Shown: piece after piece, positions 57,801 through 64,000 of the stretch
Numbering within the stretch: position 1 is the first letter of the stretch
How the letters are laid out: the number at the start of each line of letters is the position of its first letter
Source: Tubulanus polymorphus
Taxonomy: Eukaryota > Animalia > Nemertea
Direction: 5' to 3'
Assembly: GCF_964204645.1 (NCBI RefSeq)
Contig: NC_134030.1
Coordinates: 4,320,778 to 4,384,777, forward strand
DNA length: 64,000 nucleotides
Position numbers and translations under genes: made by a program
The notes under the pieces: model-generated
The model's database searches: none
Seen by the model: only the letters and a program-made list of their open reading frames with translations
Told to the model about the DNA's origin: nothing

Positions 57801-58598
57801 GCCGATTTTAGTACGATTACAAAAATGATGCGCTGTTTAGCGATGAGACACGCATCGCTCAAGTTGTCTTGTTGCTAACGAACTACGTGTTACAATGCCT
57901 AGTTTCAAAGTGAAAAAATGGAGTCATTTTTGCTATTTCTGTATTTATATCGCATCAAGCACAGACTATGATGAAGGAACCTCCGAATGAATATAATAAT
58001 AAGAAAACTGAATGTTTGAGGTTTGTAAAGAGAGTTTATTTTTCACAATCGGTTTAGTGAAACTGGATTTCTGGTGGTTTAAAGCTGCAGTGATCTAAAA
58101 GTATCGAGAAAATTTCGTTCGCATCTTAGTGTCTTTGGTGGTTAAAGTGCATATCCGCACCTCTCCGCGTAAACGGTTCAATCAATTATGTTCAATATCA
58201 TTGTTTCAGATTCAAAATGTCATCAGCAATTCAGTAGCCTACATTGCCATTGGTTAATTTTAAGATATCTTCACTTAGAGAGAGTAGAAAGATTTTAGAC
58301 AGGATTCTGTCAGTGTCATTCAGCAGATTGCGTCAATCACGAGAGGTGCGGATCTGCACTTTTACCTCTGTGGTACATCAGACACTAAGGTTCTTGGTGA
58401 AGCTGTCGTGTGCTTTCTTCGTTTTCAGACAGTTAGGTTACAGTTCAATACCTTTATTTCAAATTTTCTCAGCATTCTTTTCAATGTCTCCTGGTGGTGT
58501 TTCGAGTATACGTGCTTCTTGCCTTGATTGTGATTCCTACGACAGAGTACGCATCGCTGGAACTGCACAAAACTCGTATTTGAGCTGGATTTATCCAT
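54822..58598 (-). CDS. CENATAC: Centrosomal AT-AC splicing factor / CCDC84, 341 aa
   Basis: Exons 58598-58452, 57271-57108, 57008-56910, 56824-56758, 56605-56501, 56150-56088, 55696-55585, 55182-55071, 54978-54822 (1026 nt). Zn fingers QRCVLCRR..KKHVYSKHHQ and FWCYFC..YGNLLEHLKSSGH, FWGANK, C-terminal ERVWN; AATAAA (minus) at 54794-54799. Middle low-complexity exons less certain. Confidence 0.88.
55300..55408. mobile_element. Palindromic MITE family CAGTTCCACAGTT..GAGTTAACTC..TGTGGAACTGG (copies ~55866-55975, 27937-28055, 30022, 34286-34423, 35480-35578, 60920-61070)
   Basis: Shared termini and internal GAGTTAACTC palindromes across several introns. Confidence 0.6.
57398..57528. repeat. Long hairpin in CENATAC intron 1
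   Basis: GCTTAGATCATCCAATATCCAAGGTACT and its perfect reverse complement separated by a 17-nt A-rich loop, extended by imperfect outer arms. Confidence 0.9.
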
Positions 58599-58907
58599 TT
58601 TTTCAGAACCCGGAAATTAAAAATAAATCTTTACCGGTACGTGCTGCCTCGAGGTGGTGGTGTTGAGAATTAAACAACAGTATACGGAGACGTCATGTGT
58701 CCGCTAGTACCCAGTCCGTCTCTGTACCTGTCTCTCGTACCCACTCAAATTCTAATGAAGACTTTATTGAACATTTTATTGCTATCGATTTCGGCGATTA
58801 ATATTCATACGATTTCTATTTCTATTCTATATATATGGGTTCGGTACCCAGTTATAGAATAACCATGTTTTTCGCGACTGATGCCTCTAATCAGAATAGA
58901 TCTGGGT

Positions 58908-59754
58908 TAGTTAGTTACCTAATCGTTGGTGGTAAGCTTTTTATAATCGGATGGGCTTATACCAACGTTAGGGATGACAAGGACCAAAACACGGTTGAAA
59001 AAAGTAACACTTCAAAAATATACTTTCTATCCACTTCAGTCCACAATAAATGGCTTAATTCACAAACTAACACAGGTACCTTTCGAAATAATCCAATTCT
59101 ATGTATGTTTCGAGTGATTAATCAACATTATTTTGAGAAATTAATTAATTTCCTTACAAATTTCGCCATTGGCCGCCATTTCTCTGTATTGCACATGTGG
59201 CATGATAAGACAAGGGGACCTACAAGGATTTAGATAAAACTTTCAAGACGAAACGACAATTTTTATTTTTGATGGTTTTCCAACCTATATTTCAAATCTT
59301 CGTGTTTTCCATTATAAATAATGAAATAATAAATTCTGGTAAAAGAAAAATGTGAATAAGTGTTGATTTCTTAATATTTTTCAATTTCGTCGTTTCGCTT
59401 CGTTAGTTTGTGCTGTAGTCCTGGCCTCAGTCCACAGGTGCCAGCACCTCCAGTAATTTTCAAAATGGCAGCTGTTGACTCTACGGAAATTTACTCTCAC
59501 TTTACGGCCGATTTGCACATGGATTAAGATCGTCAGGTGAGGTGTTATAGGTATCAGACAAACTACGAATCTGTTGTGTGTCGATTACAACAAAAATTTG
59601 ACGGATATCTTAAGAGACAATGAAATGCCAGGCAAATTACTCGTCAGTCAAATTGGCTGACGAAGATTTCATACAAAAATGACCTTCCCATTCCTGACTG
59701 TGGTTTGTGAAAATATCCGATCGTGAAACTAAACCACAGACAGGTTACTGACTA
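58908..59754. mobile_element. 847-bp non-autonomous DNA transposon, TAG...CTA termini, 9-bp TSD (AcademH-like)
   Basis: GATCTGGGT at 58899-58907 and 59755-59763; TIR TAGTTAGTTACCT / AGGTTACTGACTA. Confidence 0.85.
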
Positions 59755-61009
59755 GATCTGGGTATACTATGACGCAGTACTTGAATCCCGGCCAACATCA
59801 ACCAAAATTGTTGCTTGTTTGATTTTACATTCTTCGGGAAACCCCGGAATCCCGTAACACTAAATCACACAACATGGAATTACAATGAATAAATCATGGA
59901 CATTGGACTCGGGAACTTGAGTCTCGCATCGCCGGCTCGTTTCACTGAGTCGCGCCGGTCCTTGGAAGGTATAAGAGGTGGCTGCCGTCCAGGACAGGCT
60001 TAGCCCATAGTCAAAACAATTTAAAACAAATTATTCATTGTTCATTTATTTTAGAAACAATTTGTATGTTGTAAAATAAGAGTGAGTTTCAGAAAAAGGC
60101 AAGGCTTGTCGGTGACTGACGAAAAAGGAATGTTAGAATAAATGTAGTAGTTGGTTAATAAAGAACTAAGTTAAAAATATAACTACGATAAATATTTGGA
60201 TTATGGAAATACAACACACTCAATATGCTACATGAATATGACAGTTTGGAATGGATTTCAAAGAGGATTATAAATTAATAAGTAAATAATGGCGTTTCAT
60301 CCTCGATTTGAAAATATTCAAACTTTAACTGTATTTTATAGTGTGACTAATTTGATTCCAAAGTTTAGGACCTCCTCTTCAAGCTCAAGTGTAGCCTGTT
60401 CATCGAAATTCGTATTATGGTCTCATTCAATAGATAACTAAACCCATATATGCCAGAACAAAAAGTTTAGGACCGTTTAAGATTTTATTACGTTAGTATT
60501 TCTATTAACGACAAAATGGCGATTAGTCCTCGATGGTGATGCATTGACCTCAAAAAGATCAGGCGAACGTGCAAGGTAGAAGGTTAAGTGAATGACAATG
60601 ATACATCTACCCGAGACGAATTATCAAAGAGCCAATGGGCAGGAAGGAGATGAATTCACCGAAGGTCCTATGTTATTCTAATAAGCCTGTTTTATGATTA
60701 GAAAAACGAATAACTACAATCAAAGTTTACACAGTTTACAATTTACCGACACAACTACAGTCGGAATGTCGGAATTTAAATGCTAATTTCCAATAAGATC
60801 ACACTGCATATTTTTCATCTCCAATGTATTACGTTTTGTCATCACTCAAGTTAAGCGTTGAACAAAAAATCGCTCCTGTCAAATTAGAAAATCCCTGTCC
60901 AATACAACGCTCAGTTTAAGGGCCAGCTGTATCAGTCGTTCTTAAGTCCATTAGTAATCTTACATTTTAAGACTATATAGTCTTAGTCAGTTGACCACAT
61001 ATAACGTTG

Positions 61010-61301
61010 GTAAATTGGCCACATAACTAAAGTCGGTTTTAGACTAGTGTTTAATGACTGTGCAACTGGCACATGGGCATCGGCGCTTTCCTACGTGGAG
61101 GCACCCCTAATAAGAAATAGTATCGCGAACCATTACAGGATTCGAATCTAACGGCATTTTGGTGGCAACAATCCCATTCATTACTTCTCGGCGGGAATAT
61201 CATTACTAGTCATTGGTCAGTCTTGTGCAATATGACGTCACGCCGGTGTCGGTATATAAGGCCGGTCACGGGGTCACTATTTCCAGTTCGGCCATTTTCA
61301 G
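61010..61301 (+). promoter_or_regulatory. Pol II promoter and non-coding exon 1 of micropeptide copy B
   Basis: GGCGGGAA 61190-61197, ATTGG 61212-61216, TTGTGCAAT 61223-61231, TGACGTCA 61233-61240, TATATAAG 61253-61260, GCCATTTT 61291-61298, donor CAG|GTAAGT at 61301. Confidence 0.72.
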
Positions 61302-61529
61302 GTAAGTTGTGCTACGTCCATTTGATTTTTTTGTTGTTGATGAAATGTTTCTTGATTGATTATCTAATATCTTGGTATTAATGATTCTTTTATTAATATT
61401 GCAGCAGCATCCATTACGCAACAGCAGCAGATATCAGTATCATCAACAGCAGCACCAGAAATCAAAATAACGACGACCAACAACACACATACAGCAGCAG
61501 AAGAAGAAGATTAAGATAGAATTTGAAAA

Positions 61530-62410
61530 ATGTCGTACACATTTGTTTTTGAAATCTTGCGGGCGGTACAGGTCGAGGCGGTGAAGAACAGCGGGTCCCT
61601 CGACCTGTTTTGTATCATCAGTAAGTTTTTATTCATTACCTTATCTCAGTTATTAAGCCTCAACTATCTCAATTACTTATCTCGGTTACCTCAAATATTC
61701 AATACACAACAATTTAGCACAAATCTCAAATATCTAAACTGCTAAATACTTACCCAATTCTATTCAGGTAATATCTTTATTCATTTGAATACACCAGTTA
61801 CTTGAAAGTTCAATTATTTTAATACTTAATCTCAAAAACTAATCACAAAAATATCGAGTTTTCAATACCTCAAATGTATAATTTTACTGATCTTAAATAT
61901 CTCAATCATTTGATTCAAGGTCAAATCTCAGTTCAATACCAAAATATCATTGATTTTTTCTTAAATCATTTATTTGTATTCTCAATTATATCATTTAATA
62001 TTCTTTTTATTAAATAACAACTCAATTATTCTTCATTGAAAAGTAAAATTTCATTTGATTCTGTAAATTCGTTCAAGCATCTACAAAATTGAATAAGGAA
62101 AGGAAATTATTTCTATTTCTGCATTAAAACAATCTAAGTTAAAAATTAACTGCAGTAATGACAAATATATATCTACCCTCGATGTCTCATAGAATTTCCA
62201 TTCCTTTGCTTCATTCGAGACTCGAAACAAATATTCATGAAACAAAATTGAATTGAATTTAATACAACTTGACTGACTCTGATGGATGGGATTAAATAAA
62301 ATGATGTAAAAACTTATTTTCGGGTTCAAATTTGACGTTTGTAAAGAATCATATCACTCCAAGCATGTATCATTGATGTTCTTTAATTCTTTTCAGAAAG
62401 CTGCAAATAA
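61530..62410 (+). CDS. Putative 34-aa micropeptide, copy B: MSYTFVFEILRAVQVEAVKNSGSLDLFCIIKSCK
   Basis: join(61530..61620, 62397..62410): AAAAATGT start context, A|GTAAGT donor, TTCTTTTCAG acceptor; same phase and stop position as copy A. Confidence 0.55.
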
Positions 62411-64000
62411 ACAGTTAACAGTTAACGTTAGTCAACTCTGGCAAGCAAGGATTACGGAGTATAATCCAACACTCACATGCCAGAGCAAGGAATATGCAAT
62501 AGTCAGTAACGTTACCGCTATCGTTATACGTAGGGGCAGCACTTACCGGTTAATGTCTGACAGGATTCCGGCGTCGGGCTACACGACGGGATAATGAATA
62601 GATTTTTGTCGAAATTATTTCATTAGTTCCGTATACAAAAATAACCGAATCGAAGAATGAAAGCCCTGCCCCGATTTGAAGCGACTCAGTCCCCGAAACA
62701 TCAGCCCTCTTTAATAAATCAGACTTCATCCTTGTCCCCCAAATTTATTAACTATATCTCACGGAGAGCTCGGTGGCATGGGTGGCCAATTGATGCATGC
62801 AAGGTGTGGCTTGTTTAATTCTTCTTATGCTGCATCACTTTAGGGACCCTACTAGAGCTTAAAAGCGCATTCGACAAATAAAGAACCCTTGAAAGTTGTT
62901 TTTACATCATCATTAATATAATCATATATAATTTTATTATACATTATTTTTCTCCAACATAAATTGCAGATAATTCTATACAAATTTTACATACTGAATT
63001 TAATATCATCATATACAATATAATAAATAGATATTCTATACATAAATGACATCATCTCAGTCAATAATACATTGATCACAGTTACAACATTTCACACAAT
63101 TCACTTACCAGGGTATATTGCAGATAACTTCAGATAAATACAACAGGATGATTAAACAATAGACCTAGTTCTACGAGAGATCACAGAACTGCGCATGCAA
63201 TGTTTCTTCAACATAAAAGAAACCGCTTATATTATTTGAATTTCTTATTGACTTATAAGCTGAATAGACTAGATAAGCATTTTGGTAGCATTTTACTTAT
63301 AATTAGCAGGTTGGCAGTAAATAAACGTATTAAATCATAAGTTAATATTTTAAGTCGAATACAATAACAACTACACTACACATTATATTCAGTACAACAC
63401 TATACATGTGCATGTTACCTACACGTCTATATGTATGACCCTAATAAGCATACCGGGTACGTTATAACATGCATCACAGGCCCACCAGGTTAAACCTTCA
63501 TTTTACTTTCCCCGCTGGTGAATATGCTTCATGGTAATCTTGACTTTTTAAGGACATAATAACAATATCTCGGGATAAACTAACATATATAATATATGTA
63601 TACATAATAATAACAATTTTATAAACTTAACTCCACCACAATTCCTCGTTTGGGATTTTTAAGTTTGGCATAATTTGTTCGCTAATATTTCTGCACCCAT
63701 TGAAGAGTAAACAATATAATCAGTAACAGTTTACAGACATTCCGTTATTTTCACTCGCAGAAGGTTATATCAATTCGTTCAATAGGTATATATAGTCGAC
63801 TGCTTTTGCCTCAGATCACAGGACCGAAAATTCTGGGGCAATCGAAGCAATGATCGTTCATCCTCAAATGAATCGAAGTATGATATGAGGTACCACTACT
63901 GCGGCGAGGATTCGCCAAATTCACCAGTGGTTACTAGGTGACCGCGCTTCAAATTCGTATCAACTATTCTTATCAGAAAATCAATTGAAAGAGAAATCTA

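Noticed and set aside
57756-57926. Alternative CENATAC first exon (MTPFFHFETRHCNT...)
   Set aside because: In-frame stop and no zinc finger; the true first exon is 58598-58452.
58244-58666. 140-aa plus-strand ORF
   Set aside because: Antisense to CENATAC exon 1, non-ATG start, no recognisable motif.

Overview
AT-rich metazoan (invertebrate-like) nuclear DNA with short GT-AG introns; the prokaryote-style ORF track mostly shows exon fragments or noise. Five conserved housekeeping genes can be assembled by hand with consistent splice phases: CBS (-, 14 coding exons, 524 aa), PPP2R1A/PR65 (+, 14 exons, 591 aa, divergent from CBS), REXO2 (-, 5 exons, 227 aa), RBM7 (+, 2 exons, 285 aa) and CENATAC/CCDC84 (-, 9 exons, 341 aa). 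Between them are three repeat-rich accessory blocks (1-16.6 kb, 37-51.7 kb, 58.9-64 kb). These hold a higher-order satellite with a regular unit grammar, several minisatellites, many non-autonomous DNA transposons (three with clean 8- or 9-bp TSDs), RTE LINE scraps, a multi-kb inverted duplication and arrays of non-coding exon-intron cassettes. The most novel signal is a pair of paralogous, oppositely oriented three-exon genes (15.0-16.4 kb minus; 61.0-62.4 kb plus). They share a conserved E2F/CCAAT/C-EBP/CRE/TATA promoter and each splices to a 34-aa peptide, with conservative and synonymous divergence, no indels and the stop at the same position. This is a candidate unannotated micropeptide family. 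All coordinates were counted by eye; repeat boundaries are approximate.
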